This document shows, in pieces, positions 19,870 through 28,697 of a stretch of 60,353 nucleotides of DNA. How positions within the stretch are numbered: position 1 is the stretch's first letter; each line of letters opens with the position of its first letter. A model generated the notes under the pieces. That model was given only the letters and a program-made list of their open reading frames with translations, made no database searches and had not been told where the DNA came from. Origin of the DNA: Gaiellales bacterium. Lineage in GTDB: Bacteria; Actinomycetota; Thermoleophilia; Gaiellales; JAICJC01. Both the position numbers and the translations under genes were made by a program. The DNA lies in NCBI GenBank assembly GCA_035473255.1, contig DATIOK010000209.1, positions 1 through 60,353 of the forward strand, in the 5' to 3' direction.

Positions 19870-21531
19870 TCAGCCCAGCATCGCGGCGGCGTGCCGGAGG
19901 GCGGTCTCGTCGCCCTCGAGTCCGCCCAGCATGCGCGCGACCTCCTCGACGATCGCCTCGCCCTCGAGCCGGGCGACCGCCGTCACGGCCGGATCGCCCT
20001 GAGCCTTCTCGACCCGGAAGTGCACGTCGGCCGATCCGGCGATCTGGGGCAGGTGGGTGATGCACAGCAGCTGCGTGCCGGCCGACAGGCGCTTCAGATT
20101 CTCGGCCACCGCGTGCGCCGTGCGCCCGCCCACGCCGGCGTCGACCTCGTCCAGCAGCAGCGTGGCCGCGCCGCCCGCGGACCGCGCCACCACCCGCACC
20201 GCCAGCGCGATCCTCGATAGCTCGCCTCCCGAGGCAACGCTCGCGATCGGGCCCGGCGGCAGGCCGGCGTTGGCGGCCAGGAGCAGCGTCACCCGGTCGG
20301 CCCCGCGCACGCCCAGCTCGGCCGGCTCGATCTGCACCTGCAGCCGCGCGCCGTCCATGCCGAGGTCGGCCAGCTCCGCCTCGACCGCCTGCGAGAACGG
20401 CTCTGCCGCCTTGCTGCGGGCCGCATGCAGGCGGGCGGCCGCGCGCTCCGCCGCGGTCGTGGCCTCGGCCAGGGCGGCCTCCAGCTCGGCCAGCCGGCGT
20501 CCTCCGGTATCGATCAGATCGAGCGCCGCCTGCGCCTCCGCGCAGCGCGCGGGCAGGTCGGCGGCGGGCGTGCCGAAGCGGTGCTCGAGCTCCGAGAACA
20601 GGAGCAGCCGCTGCTCGACGTGCTCGAGCCGGCCTGGCTCCGGCTCGAGGCCGTCCAGCTGGGCGCGCAGCTCGATCGCCGCCTCCTGCATGCGCAGCGA
20701 CGAGTCGCGCAGCTCGGCCGCCACCGCTCCCAGCTCCGGCTGGTAGCGCTCGGCGTCCGTCAGCAGCTCGGCTGCGCCGCCGGCCAGGCTGAGAGCGCCG
20801 TCACCCTCCTCCGGATTGATCAGGGCCGCCGCGCCGGCGATCGCCGCCACCAGCTCGTCCAGATGCCGCAGCCGTTCGCGCTCCTGGGCCAGGGCAACCG
20901 GCTCGCCGGGATCGATGGCGGCCTCGCCGACACGTCCCACCAGCTCCTCGAGCTCGCCGCGGCGGCGCTCGGCGTCGGCGGCGGCCTCACGGGCCTCTGA
21001 AAGCTGCTCGCGGGCCGCGCGCAGCGCGCGCCAGGCGGCGGCCATCGCGGAGCGCAGCTTGTCGTTGCCGGCGGCCGAGTCGAGCAGGTCGAGCTGCGTG
21101 GCGGGGCGGGCCAGGCGCCGCGCCTCGTGCTGCGAGGACACCTCGAGCAGCAGCTCGCCGAGCTGTTCGAGATCGTCGCGGGCGCAGCTCCGCCCCCACA
21201 CCAGCGCCCGGCTGCGGCCGCTGGCGGCGATCCGCCGCGCCACCACGAGCGTCGTCTCGCCCTCCGGGCGCAGCGCCGCCACCGCCTCCGGAGCCAGCTG
21301 CTCGAAGAACCCGTCCGGGACCGCGAACTCCGCCTCGACGTACGTCTCCGCTCCGTGCGGGCCGACCATGCCGGCGACCGGTGCGGCACCGGCCAGCAAC
21401 CCAATCGCCTGCGCCAGCATCGTCTTGCCGGCGCCGGTCTCACCGGTGAAGACGTTCAGGCCCGCTCCCAGCTCCAGCTCGGCGTGGTCGATCAGGGCCA
21501 GGTTGTCGATCTGCAGGCGCAGCAGCGTCAC
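19870..21531 (-). CDS. recN: DNA repair protein RecN
   Basis: Walker A TGETGAGKT, coiled coil, signature ASGGELSRIAL, Walker B LLLDEVDAGVGG, CITHLPQIA. Confidence 0.95.
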   Translation of the reverse strand: MTLLRLQIDNLALIDHAELELGAGLNVFTGETGAGKTMLAQAIGLLAGAAPVAGMVGPHGAETYVEAEFAVPDGFFEQLAPEAVAALRPEGETTLVVARRIAASGRSRALVWGRSCARDDLEQLGELLLEVSSQHEARRLARPATQLDLLDSAAGNDKLRSAMAAAWRALRAAREQLSEAREAAADAERRRGELEELVGRVGEAAIDPGEPVALAQERERLRHLDELVAAIAGAAALINPEEGDGALSLAGGAAELLTDAERYQPELGAVAAELRDSSLRMQEAAIELRAQLDGLEPEPGRLEHVEQRLLLFSELEHRFGTPAADLPARCAEAQAALDLIDTGGRRLAELEAALAEATTAAERAAARLHAARSKAAEPFSQAVEAELADLGMDGARLQVQIEPAELGVRGADRVTLLLAANAGLPPGPIASVASGGELSRIALAVRVVARSAGGAATLLLDEVDAGVGGRTAHAVAENLKRLSAGTQLLCITHLPQIAGSADVHFRVEKAQGDPAVTAVARLEGEAIVEEVARMLGGLEGDETALRHAAAMLG

Positions 21532-22301
21532 GCCGTGAACGTCTCCCGGTAGCGGCTGAAGAACGAGGTGCCGGCCAGCCGCGCCAGCCGTGCGCGCTGC
21601 TCCCCCATGCCAACCGTCATACGCCCGCCGGGTGGCACGTCGCCCATCGTGTGGCCGTCCTGCACCACCTGCAGGGGGACGTCGTCGGAGCGGTTGTGCA
21701 CCTCGACCCGGTGCTCCTCACCCAGCACCATCGAGCGGGCGTGCAGCGAGTGCGGCGAGGCGAACGAGAGCACGAAGGCGTCGGCCCCCCAGGCCAGCAC
21801 CGGGCCGCCGGCCGAGAGGTTGTATGCGGTCGAGCCGGTGGGCGTGGCCAGGATCGCGCCGTCGCAGCCGACCTCGCCCAGCGACGTGCCGTCGACGCAC
21901 CACTCGAGGATCACCATCCGGCCCAGGATGCCGCTGGTGAGCACGATGTCGTTGATCGCGACCAGGTCATGCAGGCCGTCATGGCCGCGCAGCGTGGGCA
22001 GGTCGATCACCTCGTAGCCGCCGCTGAAGGCCTGCTCGATGCCGGCCTCCAGCTGGCCGGCGTCGACGCTCGTCAGGAAGCCGACCCGGCCGAAGTTGAC
22101 GCCCAGGCAGGGCACCTCGGTGCCGAGGTAGCGGTGCAGCGCCCGCAGGGTGGTGCCGTCGCCGCCCAGCACGACCGCGAGGTCGGCGCTTGTGTCCTCG
22201 ACCAGCTCCACGCCGCAGCGCGCGGCGACGGCGCGCAGGCGGTCGGCGGCGTCGCCGATCCGCTCGATGCGGCCGTGGGTGACCACGGCCGCCCGTGTCA
22301 C
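21528..22301 (-). CDS. nadK: NAD+ kinase
   Basis: Start reassigned to GTG 22301. LGGDGT, GVNFGRVGFL, AINDIV, DGAILATPTGSTAYNLSAGGP. Confidence 0.94.
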   Translation of the reverse strand: MTRAAVVTHGRIERIGDAADRLRAVAARCGVELVEDTSADLAVVLGGDGTTLRALHRYLGTEVPCLGVNFGRVGFLTSVDAGQLEAGIEQAFSGGYEVIDLPTLRGHDGLHDLVAINDIVLTSGILGRMVILEWCVDGTSLGEVGCDGAILATPTGSTAYNLSAGGPVLAWGADAFVLSFASPHSLHARSMVLGEEHRVEVHNRSDDVPLQVVQDGHTMGDVPPGGRMTVGMGEQRARLARLAGTSFFSRYRETFTA

Positions 22302-22308
22302 GGGCCCG

Positions 22309-23106
22309 CTAGCCGGGGTTGTGGACAGCATCTCGGATCTCCGCGTCGACATCGACCTCGCGCTCCTGGCTCACCGGATGGCCGGGCGAGGCGAGGTACA
22401 GGAGGTACTCGCGGTTGCCCGCCGGCCCCGGGTGAGAAGAATCGCACACGCCCAGGATGGCGGAGCCCGATCCGGTCACGAACGCGCAAAGATCGTGCAA
22501 CACCTGCCCGCGCACCGCCGGGTCGCGCACCACGCCGTCCCTGACCAGCTCCCGCCCGGCTTCGAACTGCGGCTTCACCAGCACGATCGCGCGCCACTGC
22601 GGGGCGGCGGCCGCCACCACCGGCGGCAGCACCAGCCGCAGCGAGATGAACGACACGTCGGCCGTCACGAAGCCGGGCCGGTAGGGCAGGTCGGCCGCGG
22701 TCAGCGCGCGCGCGTTCATGCGCTCGATCGCGTGCACGGACGGGTTCGACCGCAGCCGTTCGTGCAGCTGGCCGCGGCCCACGTCGAGGGCGATCACCTC
22801 GGCCGCGCCGTGCTGCAGCAGGCAATCGGTGAAGCCGCCGGTGGAGGCGCCCACGTCCAGGCAGCGCTCGCCGATGACGTCCACCTGCCATCGGCGCAGG
22901 CCGGTCTCGAGCTTGTCGCCGCCGCGGGACACGTAGCGCGGCCGTTCCGTGACGGCGATGTCGGCGTCGACTGCGACGGCGGCGCCGGCCTTGTCCACCA
23001 TCCGCCCGCCGACGGTCACGCGCCCCGCCATCACCAGCGCCTGGGCGCGGCTGCGGTTCTCGGCCAGCCCGCGCTCGACCAGCTCGGCGTCCAGGCGGCG
23101 CTTCAT
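22309..23106 (-). CDS. tlyA: TlyA-family rRNA 2'-O-methyltransferase
   Basis: S4 domain RLDAELVERGL..RSRA, YVSRGGDKL, LDVGASTGGFTD, DVSFISL, LVKPQFE, GPAGNREY. Confidence 0.95.
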   Translation of the reverse strand: MKRRLDAELVERGLAENRSRAQALVMAGRVTVGGRMVDKAGAAVAVDADIAVTERPRYVSRGGDKLETGLRRWQVDVIGERCLDVGASTGGFTDCLLQHGAAEVIALDVGRGQLHERLRSNPSVHAIERMNARALTAADLPYRPGFVTADVSFISLRLVLPPVVAAAAPQWRAIVLVKPQFEAGRELVRDGVVRDPAVRGQVLHDLCAFVTGSGSAILGVCDSSHPGPAGNREYLLYLASPGHPVSQEREVDVDAEIRDAVHNPG

Positions 23107-23127
23107 CAGATCAGCCTACTGAAGCGG

Positions 23128-23913
23128 TCACGCGCTGCGACGGGCGATCAGCTCTGTCAGCTCCGCCAGCTGCGTGCGGTCACCGTCGATCGCGGCCAGC
23201 AGCTCGAGCACGCGCTCGTGCGACTCGTGGGCCATCTCGCGGGCCCGGTCTCGGCCCAGCAGCGTGACGTAGCTGGGCTCGCCGTCGCTGCCGTCGTCGA
23301 GCACGTCGTCGACGATCTGGAACAGCAGGCCCAGCTCCGCGGCGAACCTTCGGTACGGGCGCTGATCGTCTCGCGGCAGCCCGGCCACCCACAGGCCGCA
23401 GGCCACCGACGCCTCGATCAGCGCGCCGGTCTTGAGCCGGTGCAGCCGCGCCAGTTCGTCCTGGGTCGGCGCGGCCGCGGTCACGTCCAGGTACTGCCCG
23501 TCGATCATCGCAGCCACGCCGCCGGAGAGCTCCGCCAGCACCGCCAGCTTCACGTCGGCCGGCTCGGCCAGATGCCGGATGACATGGCTGTAGGCGGCAT
23601 TCAGCAGCGCGTCGCCGGCCAGCACCGCCACCGCCTCGCCGTAGCGAACGTGGCTGGCGGGGCGGCCCCGCCGCAGGTCGTCGTCGTCGAGCGCCGGCAG
23701 GTCGTCGTGGACGAGCGAGAAGGCGTGGATCATCTCCAGGGCGGCGGCGGCCGGCAGCGCCCGCTCCGGATCGCCGCCCGCGGCCGTGGTCGCGGCCAGG
23801 CACAGCCGCGGGCGCACGCGCTTGCCGGGCGACAGCAGCGAGTAGCGGACAGCGTCGTCCATGCCGTCGAACTCGGACTGGGCGGCCAGGCCTTCCAGGT
23901 ACGGCTCGATCAG
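23128..23913 (-). CDS. ispA: Polyprenyl (farnesyl/geranylgeranyl) diphosphate synthase
   Basis: YSLLSPGKRVRP, HAFSLVHDDLPALDDDDLRRGRP, LAGDALL, KTGALI, FQIVDDVLD. The frame is open upstream of ATG 23862 to a CTG at 23913 that overlaps the upstream TGA. Confidence 0.9.
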   Translation of the reverse strand: MIEPYLEGLAAQSEFDGMDDAVRYSLLSPGKRVRPRLCLAATTAAGGDPERALPAAAALEMIHAFSLVHDDLPALDDDDLRRGRPASHVRYGEAVAVLAGDALLNAAYSHVIRHLAEPADVKLAVLAELSGGVAAMIDGQYLDVTAAAPTQDELARLHRLKTGALIEASVACGLWVAGLPRDDQRPYRRFAAELGLLFQIVDDVLDDGSDGEPSYVTLLGRDRAREMAHESHERVLELLAAIDGDRTQLAELTELIARRSA

Positions 23914-24098
23914 GGCGAGGGCTCCGTCGTCTCGAGCCCCTCGGCACGGCGCTCGATCTCGTCCAGCGCCTGCTGAGCGAGCTGCGTGATCTGCTCGAGC
24001 AGGTCGGCCGTCTCAGCAGGGTCCAGCTGCTCGCCGTCCAGCCGCCCGCGCAGCTGCTCGATCTGGGTCGCCAACTCTGCAAGCACGTCGTCGCTCAG
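23910..24098 (-). CDS. Small helical protein resembling exodeoxyribonuclease VII small subunit (XseB-like)
   Basis: LAELATQIEQLRGRLDGEQLDPAETADLLEQITQLAQQALDEIERR; occupies the nusB-ispA slot. Start is CTG 24098 or GTG 24086. Confidence 0.6.
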   Translation of the reverse strand: MSDDVLAELATQIEQLRGRLDGEQLDPAETADLLEQITQLAQQALDEIERRAEGLETTEPSP

Positions 24099-24496
24099 GT
24101 TCCCACCCCCTCGGTGCGCGCGATCCGGCCCAGGATACCGTTCACGAGCGTGGCCGCCTCGGGCGAGGCGTAGCGCTTGGCCAGCGTCACGGCCTCGTCG
24201 ATCGCCACCGCGGCCGGCACATCGCCCTCGCTCATCTCCCACACCGCCAGCCGCAGGATGTTCCGCTCCAGCACGGCCATCCGCTCGCTCGTCCAGCCCT
24301 GCGCAGCCTCGTCGATGGCATGGTCGAGCCGCTCGCGGGATGCCCAGACACCCTCCGCACGCGTACGGGTGAACTCGCTGACGGGCTCGCCGGTGTCGCG
24401 CTGGTAGGACTCGTAGAGTGCCTCGAACGGCTCGTCCATGAGATCGTGCTGGTAGAGCAGGAAGGCCGCCGCCTTGCGCTCGCCGCGTCGGCTCAT
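24095..24496 (-). CDS. nusB: Transcription antitermination factor NusB
   Basis: ATG 24496: RRGERKAAAFLLYQ, WTSERMAVLERNILRLAVWE, VAIDEAVTLAKRY, VNGILGRI. Confidence 0.95.
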   Translation of the reverse strand: MSRRGERKAAAFLLYQHDLMDEPFEALYESYQRDTGEPVSEFTRTRAEGVWASRERLDHAIDEAAQGWTSERMAVLERNILRLAVWEMSEGDVPAAVAIDEAVTLAKRYASPEAATLVNGILGRIARTEGVGT

Positions 24497-24813
24497 CGCT
24501 CCACGCCCGTCACGGTGACGTCCACCGAGCGCACCGGCAGCCCGGTCATGCCGATCACGGCGGCAGCCACCTGCTCGCGCACGTCGGCGGCGGCCCGCCG
24601 CAACGGCACGCCGTAGGAGGCGGCCACGTCCACGTCGAAGGCGACACCCCGGGTGTCCAGCTCCCAGCTGACGGCACCCCGCCGGCCCGGCAGCACGCGC
24701 GACACGCGGCCGGGCTGATCGAGGCGCACGCCCTCCACCCGCCCCACGGCGCCACGCACGATCGAGACGAGCGCCTCGTCGGAGATGGTCGCGTTCGCAA
24801 GCTGCACGCTCAT
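24493..24813 (-). CDS. Asp23/Gls24 family envelope stress response protein
   Basis: ATG 24813; ISDEALVSIVRGAV, YGVPL...VREQVAAAVIGMTGLPVRSVDVTVTGV; accC-asp23-nusB context. Confidence 0.85.
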   Translation of the reverse strand: MSVQLANATISDEALVSIVRGAVGRVEGVRLDQPGRVSRVLPGRRGAVSWELDTRGVAFDVDVAASYGVPLRRAAADVREQVAAAVIGMTGLPVRSVDVTVTGVER

Positions 24814-26177
24814 GCCACCTGCTCCGCCAGCGACGGCAGCGCGCCCCGGGCATCGTCGAGGTAGGCGGTCGTGTAGCGACCGGAGCCGAAGCGGGGCTCG
24901 TCCAGGATCTCCAGGAACAGCTCGCGGGTGGTGGCGACGCCCTCGATCTCGAGCTCGCCCAGCGCTCGGCGGGCTCTCGCCATGGCCTGCTCGCGATCGC
25001 CGCCGTGGACGATCACCTTGGCCAGCAACGAGTCGTAGAACGGCGGCACCCGGTAGCCCTCGTAGGCATGGGTGTCGACGCGCACGCCGGCGCCGAGCGG
25101 CGGCCGGAAGCGGCTGACGGTGCCGGCCGCCGGCATGAACCCGCGGCGGGGATCCTCGCAGTTGATGCGAAACTCGATGGCGTGGCCGGCGAGCGGCGCC
25201 AGGCCGGTGGCCGGCAGGCGCTCCCCGCCCGCGATCCGCAGCTGCCAGACGGCGATGTCGATGCCGGTGAGCAGTTCCGACACGGGGTGCTCGACCTGCA
25301 GGCGGGTGTTCATCTCGATGAACGAGAACGCACCGTCGCGGTCGACCAGGAACTCGACGGTGCCGGCGTTGACGTAGTCGCAGGCGCTGCAGGCGCGGCC
25401 TGCGGCGTCTGCCATCGCGGCACGAGTGGCCTCGTCCAGCGCCGGGCTGGGGCCCTCCTCGATCAGCTTTTGGTGCCTGCGCTGCACCGAGCAGTCCCGC
25501 TCGCCCAGCACCAGCACGCCGCCCTCGCCGTCGGCCAGCACCTGCATCTCGACGTGGCGGGGCTCGACGATCGCCTTCTCGAGGTACATGCTGCCGTCGC
25601 CGAAGGCGCTCTCGGCCTCGGCCGACGCCATCCGGTAGGCCTCCTCGACCTGATCCGGCCCGGCGACCATTCGCATTCCGCGGCCACCGCCGCCGGCGGA
25701 CGCCTTCAGCAGCACCGGGTAGCCGACCTGGCCGGCCAGCTGCGCCGCCTCGTCGGCACCCGACAGCCGCTCCTGGCTGCCCGGCACCAGCGGCACGCCG
25801 GCGCCGGCCATGGTCTGCTTGGCGCGGCTCTTGTCGCCCATCAGCTCGATCGCCTCGGCCGGCGGGCCCACGAACACCAGGTCGTTGTCCTCGCAGGCGC
25901 GCACGAAGCCGGCGTTCTCGGCCAGGAACCCCCAGCCGGGATGGACGGCATCGCAGCCGGTGGTCTCGGCGGCCGCGATCAGGTTCGGCACCCGCAGGTA
26001 GCTGTCGGCGGGCGCGTGCGGCCCGATGCACACCGCGCGGTCGGCCAGGCCCACCCACAGCCCGTCGCTGTCGGCGGTCGAGTACACGGCCACCGCCTCC
26101 GCGCCGAGGTCGTGACAGGCCCGCACCAGACGCACCGCCGCCTCCCCGCGGTTCGCGATCAGGACGCGGCGGAGCAT
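24810..26177 (-). CDS. accC: Acetyl-CoA carboxylase, biotin carboxylase subunit
   Basis: VLIANRGEAA, HPGWGFLAEN, LKASAGGGGRGMR, ERDCSVQRRHQKLIEE, EMNTRLQVEHPVSE, FYDSLLAKVI. Confidence 0.96.
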   Translation of the reverse strand: MLRRVLIANRGEAAVRLVRACHDLGAEAVAVYSTADSDGLWVGLADRAVCIGPHAPADSYLRVPNLIAAAETTGCDAVHPGWGFLAENAGFVRACEDNDLVFVGPPAEAIELMGDKSRAKQTMAGAGVPLVPGSQERLSGADEAAQLAGQVGYPVLLKASAGGGGRGMRMVAGPDQVEEAYRMASAEAESAFGDGSMYLEKAIVEPRHVEMQVLADGEGGVLVLGERDCSVQRRHQKLIEEGPSPALDEATRAAMADAAGRACSACDYVNAGTVEFLVDRDGAFSFIEMNTRLQVEHPVSELLTGIDIAVWQLRIAGGERLPATGLAPLAGHAIEFRINCEDPRRGFMPAAGTVSRFRPPLGAGVRVDTHAYEGYRVPPFYDSLLAKVIVHGGDREQAMARARRALGELEIEGVATTRELFLEILDEPRFGSGRYTTAYLDDARGALPSLAEQVA

Positions 26178-26179
26178 GG

Positions 26180-26347
26180 GATGGTTGATTCCATGGGGTG
26201 CGTGGATGCTGGGCGCAGGATGGGGCGCGCTGGGCGTCGGGAGCGTCCGCAGGGCAGGCTGGATGATGCCCTGGCCAAGGACGATCGTGGCGTCCAGCGT
26301 GTCCCAGACCAGTCCGGCGCCGCGCAGTTCATGGAATCAACCATCTA
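26180..26347. repeat. MITE/REP-like element with 16-bp perfect terminal inverted repeats
   Basis: GATGGTTGATTCCATG (26180-26195) and its exact reverse complement CATGGAATCAACCATC (26330-26345), enclosing 134 nt; fills the accB-accC gap. Confidence 0.75.
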
Positions 26348-26348
26348 A

Positions 26349-28121
26349 CTAGACCAGTTCCAGCTCGAACAACGGCTGGCCGTACTCGACCGGCTCGGCA
26401 TTGCCGACCAGCACCGCACGGATCACGCCGGCGTGCTCGGACTTGAGCTCGTTGAACAGCTTCATGGCCTCCAGCACGCACAGCACCTGATCGACGGCGA
26501 CGGTGTCGCCCTCGCTGACGAACGGCTCGGCGGTCGGCGAGGGCGCGCGGTAGAACGTGCCCACCATCGGCGACGGCACCGTGACCGTCTGCGACACGCT
26601 CGGTGCGGCGGACTCCGCGGCGCCGTTGTCGGCTGGGGTGACGGCGGGGGCCGCCGCGACGGGAGCGAGCGGCCGTTCGTCCTGGCGGCGGACCGTGATC
26701 CGCACGCCCGCGTCCTCGACGGTGAGCTCGCCCACGTCAGAGCCCTCCACCATCTCGATCAGCTCGCGGATGCGCTCGGACTGGCTGCGCTCGAGGCCGT
26801 CGCGCTGAGCATCCTCGCGATCACCGCGGCCGCGCAGCGTGGCCAGCAGCCGGCTGGCGTCGTCGCCGAACAGCGCGATCAGCAGCAGATCCTCCTCGCT
26901 GGCGGCCAGCCCCTCGGCCCGCATCTGGTCGAGATCGGGTGAGGGATCGACGGCCGCGTTGGGGTCGGCGTGGGCGGCCGCCGCCGGCGCGATGGCCTGG
27001 GGTGGATTGCCGTAGATGCCCGACAGGTACTCGCGCATGTCGGGCGACACCTCGTCCCAGCGCCGGGCCGACAGCACGTGCCGCACGGCCTGGCCGGCCA
27101 GGATGCCGCCCACCGGCTGCGCCAGCGGCGGCACCCCGCAATCGAGGCGCACCTGCTTGAACTCCTCCAGCACCTCGTCCAGGCGGTCTGCGGCGCCCAG
27201 CATCCGCAGCCGCGCGTCCAGCTCGGAGACCAGCCCCACCGGCAGCCGGTTGAAGGCGGTGCGCAGCGTGATGCGGGGCGGGATCGGCAGCGCCGGCATC
27301 TGTGACGTGACGTGCTCGTCGATGAATCGCGACGCCTCCCAGACGCGGTCGGCATCGACCCCGTGTTCGAGCCCGAGCCCGGTCAGCGAGTCGCACAGCA
27401 CCTCCCCGGCCACCCGGTGCAGCGTGTAGGCGACCGGCAGCACGGCCGTGGCGATCGGCTCGGCGCCGTGACGGGCGGCCTCGATCGCCATCGCCAGCGC
27501 GTTTCCGCCGGTGCCCTGGCAGTAGAGGCCGACCGGCAGGCCGGACGCCTCCGCCAGCTCGTTGATGACGCGGTCGCACGTGCCCGGATCGAGCGCGCCG
27601 GCCGGGTCGTGCACCAGCACGTGGTCGGCACCCAGCTCCGCCAGCCGCCGCGCCTTGTCGACCACCCGCGGCAGGTTCGGCATGAAGCCGGAGAAGGCCA
27701 GGCCGGCGTACAGGCGGCCGCCCGCCTCGCGCACGGCCGCGGCGGCCGACTCGAGGTTCTCCACGTCGTTCAGGGGGTCGTGCAGCCGGAAGATCTCGAT
27801 GCCGCTCTCGGCCGCGCAGAGGATGAAGCGGCGCACAAGATCGTCGGACAGCGGCCGCGAGCCGACCAGGAACCGCCCGCGCAGTGCCATCTGCAGGGGC
27901 GTCGTGCGGCAGCGCGCCTTGACGCCGCGGATCCGCTCCCACGGGCTCTCGGTCCCCTTCTGGACGGCGGCGTCGAAGCAGCCGCCGCCGCTCACCTCGA
28001 GCGCGGCGAAGCCGGCCTGGTCGAGGATCTCGGCCACCTCCAGGACGCGCGCGGTGGAGATGGTGCCGACCAGCGGTTGCTGCGAGAGCAGGCGGATCGT
28101 GGTGTCGACGATGCGGGTCAC
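26349..28121 (-). CDS. accB: Fusion of a degenerate pyruvate-carboxylase/OadA carboxyltransferase domain and a biotin carboxyl carrier protein
   Basis: N-terminus DTTIR..LEVSGGGCFD..ESPWERIR..QMALRG..IFRLHDPLND follows PycB; C-terminus IRELIEMVEGSDVGEL, Ala/Pro linker, SPMVGTFYRAPSP, EAMKLFN (biotinyl-Lys). Confidence 0.9.
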   Translation of the reverse strand: MTRIVDTTIRLLSQQPLVGTISTARVLEVAEILDQAGFAALEVSGGGCFDAAVQKGTESPWERIRGVKARCRTTPLQMALRGRFLVGSRPLSDDLVRRFILCAAESGIEIFRLHDPLNDVENLESAAAAVREAGGRLYAGLAFSGFMPNLPRVVDKARRLAELGADHVLVHDPAGALDPGTCDRVINELAEASGLPVGLYCQGTGGNALAMAIEAARHGAEPIATAVLPVAYTLHRVAGEVLCDSLTGLGLEHGVDADRVWEASRFIDEHVTSQMPALPIPPRITLRTAFNRLPVGLVSELDARLRMLGAADRLDEVLEEFKQVRLDCGVPPLAQPVGGILAGQAVRHVLSARRWDEVSPDMREYLSGIYGNPPQAIAPAAAAHADPNAAVDPSPDLDQMRAEGLAASEEDLLLIALFGDDASRLLATLRGRGDREDAQRDGLERSQSERIRELIEMVEGSDVGELTVEDAGVRITVRRQDERPLAPVAAAPAVTPADNGAAESAAPSVSQTVTVPSPMVGTFYRAPSPTAEPFVSEGDTVAVDQVLCVLEAMKLFNELKSEHAGVIRAVLVGNAEPVEYGQPLFELELV

Positions 28122-28684
28122 GCGCGTGAGATGTACCGCGCCTCGCGGGTGTCCACCCGGATCACGTCACCGACGTTGACGAACAGGGGTACCGCGACGA
28201 CGGCGCCGGTCTCGAGCGTGGCCGGCTTGGTCACGTTGGAGACGGTGTCGCCCTTGACGCCCGGCTCGGTGTCGACCACCTTCAGCTCCACCGCCGCCGG
28301 CAGCTGGAGCGAGGTCGGCTTGCCGTCGACCGTGAGCAGCTGCACGGTGTCGTTCTCGCGCATGTACTGCAGTTCCTCGCGCATGGTGTCGGCCGGGAAC
28401 GCGAGCTGGTCGAAGGTCTCGGAGTTCATCAGGTGCACGTCGCTGCCGTCGTTGTAGAGGTAGGTGACGTTGACGACCTCGGTGTGGATGCGCGGCATCT
28501 TCTCGCCGGCCCGGAAGGTCTTGTCGACGACGCCGCCCGACTCCAGCGCCTTCAGCTTGGTGCGGACGAACGCGCCGCCCTTGCCGGGCTTGACGTGCTG
28601 GAAGTCGACGATCCGGTAGATGGTGCCGTCGACCTCGACGTGCATGCCGTTCTTGAACTGGTTCGTGGAGATGGTTTCAGCCAT
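28118..28684 (-). CDS. efp: Translation elongation factor P
   Basis: FQHVKPGKGGAFVRTKLK, KTFRAGEK, TEPGVKGDTVSNVTKPATLETG, VPLFVNVGD. Confidence 0.98.
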   Translation of the reverse strand: MAETISTNQFKNGMHVEVDGTIYRIVDFQHVKPGKGGAFVRTKLKALESGGVVDKTFRAGEKMPRIHTEVVNVTYLYNDGSDVHLMNSETFDQLAFPADTMREELQYMRENDTVQLLTVDGKPTSLQLPAAVELKVVDTEPGVKGDTVSNVTKPATLETGAVVAVPLFVNVGDVIRVDTREARYISRA

Positions 28685-28697
28685 GATGGTGAGGCCG

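Noticed and set aside
26195-26255. Cluster of GGG tracts (possible G-quadruplex)
   Set aside because: Long loops; such tracts are common at this GC content.
26159-26344. 61-aa ORF inside the inverted-repeat element
   Set aside because: No protein-like features, overlaps the accC start, and is too short for a transposase.
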